DNA of 64,000 nucleotides from Rhynchobatus australiae (taxonomy: Eukaryota): the NCBI GenBank assembly GCA_034780895.1, contig JAUZTB010000087.1, positions 83,354,649 to 83,418,648 of the forward strand, written 5' to 3'. Below are positions 12,861-25,925 of the stretch, in pieces. The notes below the pieces were generated by a model that saw only the letters and a program-made list of their open reading frames with translations, ran no database searches and was not told where the DNA came from. Position 1 is the first letter of the stretch. The number at the start of each line of letters is the position of its first letter. The translations under genes were made by a program, and so were the position numbers.

Positions 12861-13879
12861 TTGGAACTTCCATGTAATACTGACACAAACCACATGGGGG
12901 TGCTAAGTTCCCAGTTTTAACTAAACATTTCTGTTTGGGTGAAATCAGCCCATATTAGTCTGCAAATATATTGTTTAAGTCCTTTGTGTCTTGCAAAAGG
13001 ATAATCAGTTCAACCGTGAATATAATACAGTTGGGTAATAGGTTTCTTGTAGTTTCACTAAAAATAATTAATTTATTTTCAATAATAATATTTTTTCATT
13101 CAAGTTTTTCAGGTGATTTCTTCCCAGTTATTCATTTGCAAATTACAGGGAATTAAATTTCATAATATCCATAAAACTATGTGGCCTTAGTACTGATTAG
13201 CCCGGTGCAACCACTGTACCTCTTTCCACTTAGGTCTTTTTCATAAACTGCTTATTATATTCTAACAAACCCTAAATACTGGAACTCAGTAATCTGACTG
13301 CTAGATTTTATCTCCTTTGATAAAGTGGGCCTGACGCTGTCAGAAGTTATAGTTTGCCATGTGTGTAAACCACACTTAGAACTGGTACCCTGCGGGTTTT
13401 GGAATATTGTGTTCTGTTGCCAATCTCAAGTGTTATGCCAGGAGAATAATATTTCCATAATCTTCCCAATAGACAGCCTATCAACAACAGCAAGTCAAAG
13501 ATGTAATTAACTAAATAATGAGTTTCCCCAAATGTCTCAGCTCACAACTAGCTCTTAGAATTCATCAATGTTACATTATCTGTGAGGTCTCTTTTGCTTT
13601 CCTTTGGTGGTCAGCTTTGCTTGCGATGTCACTCCCTGACTAGGTCATTCATTAACTTGTTGATAAATTTCTGGATTTCGTCCTGGGACACCTTGGAGTG
13701 CGAAAACCTGAAAATTGAGGACCTTACTGTTAATTCATGTAGCCTCTTTCAACTTGCATAGAAAAAGTTGTTTGATTATCAGTTTCTATTACAATTTTTT
13801 TTGAGAGGGTTTTAGAGTGAAATGCTACCAGTTCTACAGTATACTATCACTTTTAAGCTGTTATTTAAAACCTTGAATT

Positions 13880-14030
13880 ACCTTTTGAAGTACAGTTACT
13901 GTTCGAAGTAAACAGTGCAGACAATTTGTGCACTGCAAAACCTCACAAACAGTAAATGAATAGCAGATAATTTAATTTTGAAGTTATTGGTTAAAGGAGG
14001 ATTACTGGATCGGTCACCTTCCAGTTCCTC
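13880..14030 (-). mobile_element. Deu-domain SINE remnant
   Basis: ttttgaagtacagttactgtt...caatttgtgcactgcaaaacctcacaaacag...cagataat. Confidence 0.55.
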
Positions 14031-14124
14031 AGAGTGGGAAGAAAAGGGCATTTTGAATAAAATGGCATTCTGTCACCTGGACTTCTACAATGTTTTCCAA
14101 TAAGATTATTTATTGTTCTCTTAG

Positions 14125-14246
14125 GTGCTGGTGGATGCTCCATGTTCAAATGACAGAAGTTGGTTGTTCTCTTCTGATGTCCTTAAGGCTCGCCTGAGGA
14201 TTGCACACACACCTAATCTACCTGTTTTACAGAAGCAATTACTGAG
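14125..14246 (+). CDS. NSUN3: NSUN3 internal coding exon (equivalent to human exon 5), motif IV DAPCS
   Basis: Not in the ORF track; read directly. Acceptor tgttctcttag|GTG and donor CTGAG|gtatgg; 122 bp. Encodes VLVDAPCSNDRSWLFSSDVLKARLRIAHTPNLPVLQKQLL(R), including the motif IV cysteine. Confidence 0.96.
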
Positions 14247-17200
14247 GTATGGGAAGAAAAATCTTAAAGCTCATCTGTTCGTGTTTTGACATTTTAAATG
14301 GAATAATTGTCCAATGCTTTCAATAAGCAAGTGGTCAGTCTATGGAACATCGTCTCCTGAGAGATGAGTATTGATTTGTTCAAATGTAGATTGCATAGAT
14401 TTCTTTCAGAAAATGACATTTGAGACGTGTTTTCTGGTAAGTAAAGCATCCCAGGGAAGAAAGGTGACCTTGGGGTTGTGGCTCCCCAAACTCACCACCA
14501 CTTGGATTTTCCTTTTGTAATTCCTGGGTCTGGTGTAAACATTTTGATAAACTGGTTATTAATTAGGCGACATCTCTACCTTCATGTATCATGTAACTGC
14601 CAGTATGATAGGTGAACTGCATTGATCTTGGTCTCTTTTTTTTGTCTTCTAGCAATTCTTATGGTAAACCAGAAGCAGACCTTAACCTTAATTACATGCT
14701 CACTATAAGAGGCTGTGTTCTTTCCTTTTTGCTTTAAGTTNNNNNNNNNNNNNNNNNNNNNNNNNNNNNNNNNNNNNNNNNNNNNNNNNNNNNNNNNNNN
14801 NNNNNNNNNNNNNNNNNNNNNNNNNNNNNNNNNNNNNNNNNNNNNNNNNNNNNNNNNNNNNNNNNNNNNNNNNNNNNNNNNNNNNNNNNNNNNNNNNNNN
14901 NNNNNNNNNNNNNNNNNNNNNNNNNNNNNNNNNNNNNNNNNNNNNNNNNNNNNNNNNNNNNNNNNNNNNNNNNNNNNNNNNNNNNNNNNNNNNNNNNNNN
15001 NNNNNNNNNNNNNNNNNNNNNNNNNNNNNNNNNNNNNNNNNNNNNNNNNNNNNNNNNNNNNNNNNNNNNNNNNNNNNNNNNNNNNNNNNNNNNNNNNNNN
15101 NNNNNNNNNNNNNNNNNNNNNNNNNNNNNNNNNNNNNNNNNNNNNNNNNNNNNNNNNNNNNNNNNNNNNNNNNNNNNNNNNNNNNNNNNNNNNNNNNNNN
15201 NNNNNNNNNNNNNNNNNNNNNNNNNNNNNNNNNNNNNNNNNNNNNNNNNNNNNNNNNNNNNNNNNNNNNNNNNNNNNNNNNNNNNNNNNNNNNNNNNNNN
15301 NNNNNNNNNNNNNNNNNNNNNNNNNNNNNNNNNNNNNNNNNNNNNNNNNNNTTTATTTGATTGTCATTGCATTATAGATGATGTGTAATTATACCGCTAT
15401 TTTAATATCAGCATGCTCTTTCATGTGCAAATGGGAATATTATTCCAAATATATCTCTCCGTGGTGATTTTATTATTTTCCTAGCATTTTATATACCACT
15501 TACTTGACCACCTTTAGTAGGCTATATACATATATAAAAAAAGACAGGAAATTACTTAATAGTGATGATGCATTTTGCAAGGCCTTGTCACCACTCCTTA
15601 TCTACCCAAAGCCATGTAATTTCCAGGGAGAGGCAGATTTTAAATAGTTTTTACTTTATTACTGCATCTACCCTTGTTTTAATCAGTTATTAATTATAAA
15701 ACAACCATAATGTGAAGTTTAAATTCTGTAATTAGAATTAGGTGAAATAAGAAGATCTAGCAGCAATATGTAAAGCAATTTGTAATGTCTTTAGCAACAA
15801 AAAATGTAAATGGACTGAATTTTGTGATAAATAATGTAAGAGGCTAAACAGTGGAGATTGTACAGCACTACCAGAGTTCTCAAACTTGCAGTTAATACTG
15901 AAATCAGAAAATAGCTGCCTGAGACATCTGGATCCTCCAAATGCAGGGAAAACACTTATCTTGCTGTGTTTAACCTGAGGGATGTAAATTGTACACACCA
16001 AAATAAGTTTGGATCTCATCTATTCCAGAAGAACCACCATTTTGAGATGTGATAGGTCTTAACTATTGTCAATTTTAAAGTTTGAGTTTTACATTGATTT
16101 TAATTCAAATAACTGGAGTTTCAAAACATATGCAAAAATGGATGATTACTAATAAGACAATTTATTTGATTGTCATTGCATTATAGATGATGTGTAATTA
16201 TACCACTATTTTCTTTCTATCTCTTAACTAGCTGAATATTTTTTTTCCTTTTAATTTTTTTTCTACCTGATTTGAGATAGACTTCATATTCTAACCAACA
16301 TCTCCAAGATTGGACTATGCACTCATTAATAATCCTTCACAGTAATTGATTAAGGAAATAAACTGTTGTTAAACTCTTTATGCAAGTTCCAGATGCAGTG
16401 TGGAGCCTTTGAATTTACAGCAAGTGTCAATGTAAACCTATGAGAAACTGTGGGCAAGTATAATGTAACAAATTCTTGCTAATGAGAACAACATCTGCCC
16501 GATATTATTTGATGGACTGAAAACCTCAGATTCTTGCAGATTAGAAGATGTTGCTTTTACAGCAGGAATCCACAACTGCATTTTCAATGTGGGCATGACA
16601 GAGATTAATGCTACCGATTGTTGAGTGCTTCTATTTCTATATGTGTGCCGCCATTATTGTTTGAACTTGAATTTTTGTAAGAATGTTAGAGAAGCATAAG
16701 CTTTTGGTTATTTGCAATATTGTGAGCAAACTTATCAAACTAATTTACAACTTTCCAATTTTAAAAATGTTTAAATGCTTTGAAGGTTTTATAAAAGCTT
16801 AACTTTATTGTTTTATTTAATGTTTTTAAAGATATGGCTTAGATAATTAAAATATGTTCAAGCGAATTCGATACTGAAGTATGAAAAATATAGTTATTGT
16901 TGCATAAACCTAAACGTTGAATCACTCAGCTGTTTACAATGTGACTAGTAGATTTATTGGCAATAATCTTAATTTTGTCGTAGATTACTCGTGAATTTCT
17001 TTACAGTCTTGGTAGTAATGCTACTTTTTAACTATTATTTTTCTATTAACCAATTGGTATTTTATTGAGTGGACTTTTTTCTACTCTTTTTTTGCAAAAT
17101 AGATTAAATCCAACATTGGTTAATAGCTCAATACTTTAGCTGCTTTTACATCCTTTTGACTTGAACATGTTCCACGTTACCTAACCCCAACCAGCTGTGC

Positions 17201-17834
17201 CACACAACTTCCATCTGCATACATTTCTACTGTTTCTGGCCTGATTCTGCTGACAATTGCCGGTGCTTCTGAACAAAAATCTTTAAATGAATGGAAGTCC
17301 AGGACTTCTACATATGCATCATGAGAACTGAACCGGTGGAGCATCAAACTGGCAATTTGCTCTAACCCTCTCTTTGACAGCCCCATCTCCATATCAACCT
17401 GCTAGTTTTCCAACCCCAACAGTATATTCTGTCTTTATTAGGAGGTTCTGTAAAACCATAACATGATATCTTTGCAGATGTCCCATTTGCTTGTGTTTCA
17501 GCAATGGGAATAGAACCCTGAGTCATTTCTTTTGATGCTACTTTGTCCTTGCAGTCTACTTGAGCAATCTTATCCAGATGTGTCTCCTTTCTTTCTTGGT
17601 CCACTCTAGTTCTAACTATGTATTAATTATTTCTTTCTCTTCATCTTGTGCTAATTATTTTTATTCAGTCTCATTGCTGTCGTTCATTTTATTTTTCTGA
17701 AGGCACTTGTTTTTGGTCTTTTGTTCTCTGTAAATTTCCTTCTTTCCTGGAATAGAACTTTCATTTGCAGTCTATAAATGCAACATTACGGCCTTTTTTG
17801 TACCAAGATAAATGGTGTGTATCATTCACCTAGG

Positions 17835-18217
17835 GTAAAACTCCAATAATCCGGCACGTTTAGGACTTTGGTACCGGATTGGCAGATTTCCCGGACAGTT
17901 GGATGATATTATACTTAATACCTCACCATTCCTTTAATTCACTCCTTTGGATGTTACACAGTATACATTTTCCAATAAACTGGGTAAGTTGAAAGGAACT
18001 GTAAGAACCAGAGACTGTTCTGTTACGAGGGAGCTTGGAATTTGGGGCCCCGGTGAATGAAGAGAGAACTCGGGAAACAGGGCTCTGTCAAATGGAGAGG
18101 GAGTGTGGGAAATGAGGCCCCGACGAGTGGGAAGGGAGTGTGGCAAACATTACCTGGAGAGCCAGTTGCCGAACCATTGGGATTTCTGGATAGTTGGATG
18201 GTGAATAATATTACTGC
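17835..18217. mobile_element. Possible Tigger/pogo-like non-autonomous DNA transposon remnant
   Basis: Starts gtaaaactccaataatccggcac (Tigger-like TIR). Internal repeat gatttcccggacagttggatg (~17885) / gatttctggatagttggatg (~18181). The right end is lost in a gap. Confidence 0.4.
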
Positions 18218-18399
18218 NNNNNNNNNNNNNNNNNNNNNNNNNNNNNNNNNNNNNNNNNNNNNNNNNNNNNNNNNNNNNNNNNNNNNNNNNNNNNNNNNNN
18301 NNNNNNNNNNNNNNNNNNNNNNNCACAAAAAAATTAAGAACATCATTTGAGCATTTTTTTTATGTGTGATTTACCTTGCTCTAATCCTGAAGGTTTTTC

Positions 18400-18668
18400 C
18401 ATAGGTGATTGGAGGAAGATATAAGGGGGATGTCAGAAGTAAGTTTTTTTTTCTAACAGGGTGGTGGGTGCATGGGACTCACTGCCTGCAGAGATTGTGA
18501 GGGCAGATATATTAGAGACATCTAAGAGACTCTTAGATAGACACATGGATGATAGAGAAATGGAAGGCTATTTGGGAGGGAAGGGTTAGGTAGATCTTCG
18601 AGCAGGATAAAATGTTGGCACAACATTGTGGGCCAAAAGGCCTGTACTATGCTGTTATGTTCTATGTA
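18400..18668 (+). mobile_element. CR1 (HER1-like) LINE 3' end
   Basis: ggtgattggaggaagatataagggggatgtcagaagtaag...ggcacaacattgtgggccaaaaggcctgtactatgctgttatgttctatgt. Confidence 0.85.
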
Positions 18669-19399
18669 TAAGGAATAAATAAACATGACTTTTCAAATGG
18701 CTTCACACTCACCTTCATTGTCGGAGCGAAAAAAGCACAGACTAAGTCTTCACTTTAAGTCTATGAATATTAGTAGAATTAAAATGCTTTTTAGGTGCAA
18801 ATTACTATGTAAACCTGGTTGCAGAAAGTATGGATGCAAATATGTAGTTAGCTATGTGAAAGTAGACCTGGAAATACACTCTTGTTATTATCAATTAAAT
18901 AATTGTAGATTCTCTTTGTAGACTCTATGGAAGTACTGTCCTATAGCTTAGTTTGACAAACCACCAATTTAAAAAAATAAGTCACTGAAACTTCAGTTGA
19001 ATAGGGACAGAAAAAAAATTCACAGCAAACAAAACACTAGAAGTTTCTTTAAAGCTGTTTGAAGGGGAAATAAGCGAATTGTACCATGGAAAAACATCAC
19101 CTTTTGATTTTACTTCTGAGTACGTTCCTGAAAACTTAAGGTATCATGGGATTCTTTCAAATGGTACAGAAGTGTGAAACTTTCAGTTTTTAATCAAACT
19201 GGTGGCTATTACTAATTAATAACTTAAAATATTCTGGGGGTTAAGTGGCAGCTCCAATATTTTGAAAACACAACCTTTGAATTCTGAATGAAGATGTTAT
19301 TAACCACAGGCTTAAAAATTTCAGACTGATCCCACCTGAATGACATTTTACAATATAAAATGAGTGCATCTGTAAAAAAAAAATCACATTAACCAAGAG

Positions 19400-20185
19400 A
19401 GGATGGGCCTTGCACTTGACATCCACAAGGCCGAGGTTGTCCACTAACCTGCCTCACTGCACCACACTGCCCTCCAGGTTCACAGCAAGTCCCTGGAAAA
19501 TGTAGACCACCATCTATAATGAAATTCACCATTGCCTTCACTGTGTCAGCACAGCTTTCAATGGAAAAGAGTATTCGAACATTTCAGATCTGACACCCTG
19601 AATTCATGGCTTACTGGCAGCAGTGATCCCTGCCCTACATATTTCTGAGATCGGGACAACCTACAGCAGGCTGAAGGGACTGGAAAAATACCACCAACAC
19701 TATCTCTACAACATGCTGCAGATTCACTGAAATAAATAAATAAATAAATAGATGTTGGCCTAGGAGAGGATGTCAATGTCCCCAGAATTAAGGCCCTAAT
19801 TCCACCCAGTCAGTTATATAGGGCAGACTGGATCAATGCATGCCTGATATGAGACTTCAGAAACAGACACACTTTTCCAAGTTCCTCCCAGGAGGAAATT
19901 ACCAGGTGGATAGAGAAAAAGATTAAAAGAATATGCTCAAAACTTCCTCGAAGACGTGTACATTCCCACTGACAGTGTCAAAGTTGGGTGGTGCGAAGAA
20001 TCTTGAGTCTATGCACAGGAAGAGCACACAGAAGCCATGTATAAGCAACAGAAGTAGTGCACTACCTCAAACCACTCACCCAGTCAGCCCTTTTCTGCCC
20101 CATTCCTGGAAGAATCTGTGATTCCCAAATTGATCTCATTGGTCACCTCCAAAGAAGTGATCCTTAATCTCAAGGAACTGCCAAA
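19400..20185 (+). mobile_element. RTE-clade LINE 3' portion, decayed
   Basis: tggaaaaataccaccaacactatct (LEKYHQ-C/Y-L), atgcctgatatgagacttcagaaacag (MPD-RL-KQ) and ggtggatagagaaaaagattaaaag (G-RKR-K). Confidence 0.65.
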
Positions 20186-20722
20186 GAAAATGACAGTTGA
20201 TTTTTTTTTGTGCCTTAAGTCCCATTTGTACTGATTAACATCAAATTTACAAACGTCTTGGAACTAATGGGTACTTGTACAGTTGTTTAAAGCATTTAAC
20301 TTTCAAATATATAACTGACTTTCAGTCTTTCCACCTTTTATTATGATTTTGATTAAGGCTTATTTTAGTGACATTTCAGTTTCCTATATATTTTTATTGT
20401 AGATGTATTATAATGTGATGTCTGACTACCTAGTGCAATATTAAAACTTCCTTAATTTGCAAGATCTGTGTATATTGATAATTCATATGTAAGCAAACTA
20501 CATAATTTGCCCAGATTTACTACTGAAGCATAACATTTGGAACTTACTCTTTTACCACTATTTAGGCCACCTAAACATTGACTATGTGAAAGCTGTCGCC
20601 ATCAGCTCCTACAACTACCCGTTCATCTCAAAGTTCAACTTCATTTAGCTCACTGGTTTTCTCAGGCTTGGCCTAGAGATGCCAAATCTAGACTTCTGTT
20701 CTAAATACAGGAACAACTTCCT

Positions 20723-20744
20723 ATCATCATCATCATCATCATCA
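20723..20744. repeat. (ATC)7 microsatellite
   Basis: atcatcatcatcatcatcatca read directly. Confidence 0.9.
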
Positions 20745-20944
20745 GAAATGACTGACTAAGTTGGTTAAGTAGTTGAAGGTGATATAATGGAAAATGATTG
20801 TTGTGTAGTATTCAATGTCCACTGNNNNNNNNNNNNNNNNNNNNNNNNNNNNNNNNNNNNNNNNNNNNNNNNNNNNNNNNNNNNNNNNNNNNNNNNNNNN
20901 NNNNNNNNNNNNNNNNNNNNNNNNTTATAAACAAGCTTTTTAAA

Positions 20945-21330
20945 TATCTACCACTACTCATCCACTGACCCACCCCTTAGCCTATTTACCCAGTCCATTT
21001 CCAGATAACTCTACCTTCATACCATTGTAGTTGACCTTATTTAACTTGAGGACATTGGTTATGGATTCAAGTGTTCACCCTCAAACTGTACCCAGAATTC
21101 TACCATATTACTCCCTAGGGGATTATTTACCACTGCATCTTTTAATAAATCTAAAATAGCATGTTCCCAGGTAGGTTCTGTAACATATTGGTCTAAGAAA
21201 TGACACAGTCTACAAAATCCTTTTCCACTGTACCGTTTCCATCTTGATTAGTCTATTCAATATGCAGACTAAAATCAGCCATGATAATTGAGTTCCCCTC
21301 TTGCACACCTTTTGATACCCATTTATGCTT
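20945..21330 (-). mobile_element. CR1 LINE endonuclease-region fragment
   Basis: Minus strand reads FLDQYVTEPTWEHAILDL around 21150-21200. Confidence 0.65.
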
Positions 21331-21677
21331 TGTTCTATTGGGAAGAAACACATTTGGATGACTCCCACCTGTGTCTTTCTTGTGATAATTTTTATGGATA
21401 GTAAGACAAGAGTAGGTTGGGGTAAGCCAAGGGAACCCTCTAGTTCTGGGATCTGACTCAATCAGTCACTCACATATTAAGTTGAAGCTATTGATATAGT
21501 ATGGTAAAAGAAAATAGGATTGGTAAACTCTATGGTCAGTAGAAGAGCATAAAAATAGAAGTCTGTGGTAGGTCATTCAGCCTCATGAGTCTGTTCTGTC
21601 ATTCATTGTTCCAGCATTGTTTAGCACAACTCTACACTTGCCCTTCATCCTTAAATTCACTTAATGTCCAAAAATCT

Positions 21678-21791
21678 ATGCTGGAAATTCTCAGCAAGTC
21701 GGTCAGCATAGAATTAATATCATCATTCTGAATCATTCACTTTTGTTTCTATCTCCACATATGCTGCCTCATCTTGAATTTTTTCCAGCAT
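21678..21791. mobile_element. Fold-back (inverted repeat) derivative of the Penelope terminus
   Basis: Left arm atgctggaaattctcagcaagtcggtcagcata; right arm tatgctgcctcatcttgaattttttccagcat. The left arm matches 52572-52603 (atgctggagcaactcagcaggtcaggcagcat). Confidence 0.6.
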
Positions 21792-24722
21792 TTTCCTTTT
21801 TTAACTTCCATGTGCTCTGCAAGTAAGGTGTGCTTGGAGGTTATCATCCTCATGAAAAAGAAAAATGGTATCTTCTGTGCAAAGAAGTATTTAATGAGCC
21901 ATCCTTACAGAATATTTATCTCCGATGCTGAAGCAGAAATTCAAATTTTAGTTTTAATAACATTGAATTTGAATCAGTTCCTTACATTTGTTTACAAAGC
22001 AATTTCCTGTTATTTGAGCAGTGAGATAACTAATTATGTACTTTTGAATGATTATCTTATCAAATTGAAGTGACTGATATGTAACTGGCAGAATCTGACT
22101 GGAGTGATCAAAGGTGAAACACAACCGTGATAACTTTTCATGCTTGAGTTACTCCCCTTAAACTTTCAGCTAACTAGGCTGTCTCTTCCTTTGCCTTATA
22201 GACTTCATATATTTTACGAAATATCCAAGATCTATCCTTCATGACTGGTGTTTACTCTTGTAAATAGACCTGTACCATCAGGAGTATAGTTTTACAGCCC
22301 AGTACTTAGTCATCTATTCGGGAGTTCTGAATATAATCTCGTGTCACCTGTATTTTCCCACCTTTTTAAAGGTTGATTGTTAAGCAAAAGCAACACTTTT
22401 TTTTTGCTTAACTGTATTTGGCTCAATATATATTTTGTTAGACTTGTCTTTCGCACTTACCTATGTGTATAATGGGCCATAATTGAACTGCCACTGATTG
22501 TACAGAGTCTGACATAGGGATAAAACAAATTGATTACATGCTGGGGTGAGCTACGTGAACTTGGGGTTGAAAGATTACAATAAACTTAATATAACAACTG
22601 CCTGTGGGATTTGCTTGCTCTCCTGCACATTACATGTCAAGATTGACAAAANNNNNNNNNNCATTTCAATTTTTTTCAGTAAAGTTAGATCCATTCTGCA
22701 GAAGAATTGAAAATCTGTGTAGGCAAAATGTAACATTGGGTTGTGATAGCAGTTACTCTACTGAGTAACTGCATCAGCAATTCATAGAATATAATTGGAC
22801 AGAGTGATACATATTCTGAATTTGGGATTCTAGGGGTCGAATTTTAATTGCTCTGACTTTGTATCCAAATTCTGCACATTTCCATTAGGTGGCACTGTTG
22901 ATATTGTTCAGAGAAATTTTCTGACCAAATAATTGTAAAGATGAAAATAGCCAAAACCAACTTGGTTCATAATCATTTTAAAACAATAAACCTATTAGGT
23001 ATAGCAGATATACAATGAACTGTATTAGCTATTACATAAAATATGAACATTTTGGATAATAATTCACTACTCTCTGGAGTAATGTATATACAACTTTATT
23101 TTTGGTAAATTGGATGCTCTCTGCTGTCAGCTATAGTTACATTCATAGCTCTGTCATCAAAAATCATGACAGTTGACTGGTCCGCTGCAGTGATAATGAC
23201 TGACACTAATCATCAAAAGTAGAGTGTTTATTTTTCCCCACATGTGTATGAAATAAATGTTTGGTCAGATGTGGAAGACAACAATTTGTAAGAGCAGATG
23301 GAGGGAATCTTGGAGGTCAGGGTAACAACTGATTAGTTGACCATTGAGAGATGACAACTTCAAGTATAAATTAATTCCATTTTGGCTGAATGCTTTTATG
23401 AACCAACAACAGATCGACCATTCAATTACATTGAATTGGCACTATTGTGATGGTTCATCTCAGTTTGCTGTGGGGTAGCAACTATCTAATGATACTTTAC
23501 ATTGTTTTAGAAACCATTTTCTCCAATACCTAATAGGCTTACCTTTTGAGCCCAATCAAGAACCTGAAAGGATAAATTGTAGTAGTTATAATGCAAATTC
23601 CTATTCTTTAAAAAATAGTTTTGTAATCATTAAAAATAACAATTACAGTAAGCAAAGTAAAGCAAGTCACTTTCCTAACAAAATGACTTAAAACTATATG
23701 TACTGTTCAAGCTTTTACAACAAGCATGATCATGTTTTATATATTGTGCAAAATTAGCTCCATTTTCCAGATTGGGATGAAAATGTNNNNNNNNNNNNNN
23801 NNNNNNNNNNNNNNNNNNNNNNNNNNNNNNNNNNNNNNNNNNNNNNNNNNNNNNNNNNNNNNNNNNNNNNNNNNNNNNNNNNNNNNAAATGTGGACAAAT
23901 AGTTTAACCAGTACCGTCTGCTTCTTTTAAGATACATCAATGCATTTCAAAATATGCAAGCTGTTTGTCCATGTTTATAAGATTATCAAAATCCACCAAA
24001 ATGAACTTGTTTACTGCAGTGCATACTATTTGAAGTTACTGTTATGCTGCATTTGTTTTTGTTTTAACTGAAAATTTGTGACCTGCAACATAGTTATTAC
24101 TTCATCGTACTAAATGCTTAACAGTGATGCTGGCACAGTCACCCTTTAATGGAAATTACTTTTCAGTCCATAATGTCATATCCTTATTGAATCAGCTATT
24201 TTTTTTACTTAATTGGTTGTTTTTCAGGAACTCACAATTCCAGTAACCCATTTAACAGAACCATACTTTAGAATTACATAAAAGAAGATTTATATGGAGA
24301 GGTGCATACTACAACATACCAAATGCCATAGTCTGTTTTAGTATATTTAACTTTCAAAGTTGTTGCAGATGATTGCCATTTTGTTGTTGATATTAGAAAT
24401 TAATGGAGCTAATTGAATATTGGATATTTGGAAAGCTTTTTTCCATTGGTTGATATTTTGCATGTCATTCCCAAAGTCGTGCGTCTTTTGCATGCTGCAC
24501 TACTTTTGTGGACATTAATTTTGTGTTCTAAACTGATATAGATCTAACAGAGCCATTGCTTCAAAAATTGTAGAATATTTAAAGTATTGTTTCATTTACA
24601 TGCAAGCAACTATGGTGACGCAGGCCCTGCAATTAGAGGGCATGAGCTGGATTGAAAAATAATATTGCTGAGCCCATGCATGTTTTATGGTTGACCTAAA
24701 ATTGTACAAGTCTATTCTATAT

Positions 24723-24724
<2 letters not shown>

Positions 24725-24792
<68 letters not shown>
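24725..24792. repeat. Compound microsatellite (GT)10(AT)18(AC)6
   Basis: Read directly. Confidence 0.95.
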
Positions 24793-24793
<1 letters not shown>

Positions 24794-25562
24794 TGTATAA
24801 ATGTTAATTGATATAATTTTCTCCTGAAATTTGACACATTTNNNNNNNNNNNNNNNNNNNNNNNNNNNNNNNNNNNNNNNNNNNNNNNNNNNNNNNNNNN
24901 NNNNNNNNNNNNNNNNNNNNNNNNNNNNNNNNNNNNNNNNNATAATTTTCTCCTGAAATTTGACACATTTTCAGTTCCTTAAATCTATATTTTTCATATT
25001 GATCAGCTGCCTATTAATCTGTTTATTTTAAATTGTTAAATACCCATATTAAAGTAGTGCATAGTGAAAATTATGCAAATATAAAAAGGGTGTTCTAAAA
25101 ATAATTCGCAGAGGAACTGAAACCACAAATTTCTTCTTGATGGATTACTTTCGTTAGACAGCAGCTAGCAATGCATTGCTGTAAAACTTGTGTATGACAT
25201 GGGCTCCCAATGTTAACTTCATTTTGGGAAGAAACTTTTAAGTGAAGTGAAATGTCTTCTGAATTTTCTAGTTTATTACTGACACAAAATCAAAATTCAC
25301 CTAATATTAAAAAAATATTTACTTCCAAATCTTGTTTCAGGAAGTCTACCCATGGTTTAATGTTATTAGAGCCAGAATGATTAAGATGTACTATGGCATG
25401 ACTTGCAACACTATCCCTATACAGGATAAAGTACTATCCCTATACAGATAATGCATCATCAAAAGTCCTTATATAATTACAAAAATGAACAATATTTTTT
25501 TTAACTTCTATTCTGCATTTGATAGAAATAACCTAACTTTCTTTTTTACTGGTGACTTGCAG

Positions 25563-25824
25563 GTCAGCTCTTGAGGCGTTGTGTCCTGGAGGGACAGTGG
25601 TTTATTCTACATGTACACTGTCTCGAGCAGAAAATGATGATGTTGTGGCCTCTCTCCTGAATTCTTGTGACAACATTCAGACTGTGGATTTAACAGACTT
25701 GGCATGTTCCCTTTCTCATAGCTTCACATTTGCTGAAGGTGTACAGTATGGACAGTTAATTGTGCCAGAAAAGGGTAAAACTTGGGGCCCGATGTATGTT
25801 AGCAAATTATGGAAGACACATTGA
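25563..25824 (+). CDS. NSUN3: NSUN3 terminal coding exon (equivalent to human exon 6), catalytic motif VI TC
   Basis: Acceptor gacttgcag|G. Encodes (R)SALEALCPGGTVVYSTCTLSRAENDDVV...PEKGKTWGPMYVSKLWKTH, with TGA at 25822-25824. The four exons sum to 883 nt (1 nt + 294 codons) with no internal stop. Confidence 0.96.
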
Positions 25825-25919
25825 CTTGAAATAAGTTTAAAAGATGGATATGTATGTTAGTGAATGTGGCAGGCTGAGCTACTTTAAGGCTTTCCAAATA
25901 CTTAAGTTAACTTGCAGAA

Positions 25920-25925
25920 ATTAAA
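25920..25925 (+). promoter_or_regulatory. Candidate NSUN3 polyadenylation signal (ATTAAA)
   Basis: First hexamer variant after the stop. The first AATAAA is at 26279-26284, at the start of the downstream CR1. Usage cannot be determined from sequence. Confidence 0.25.
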
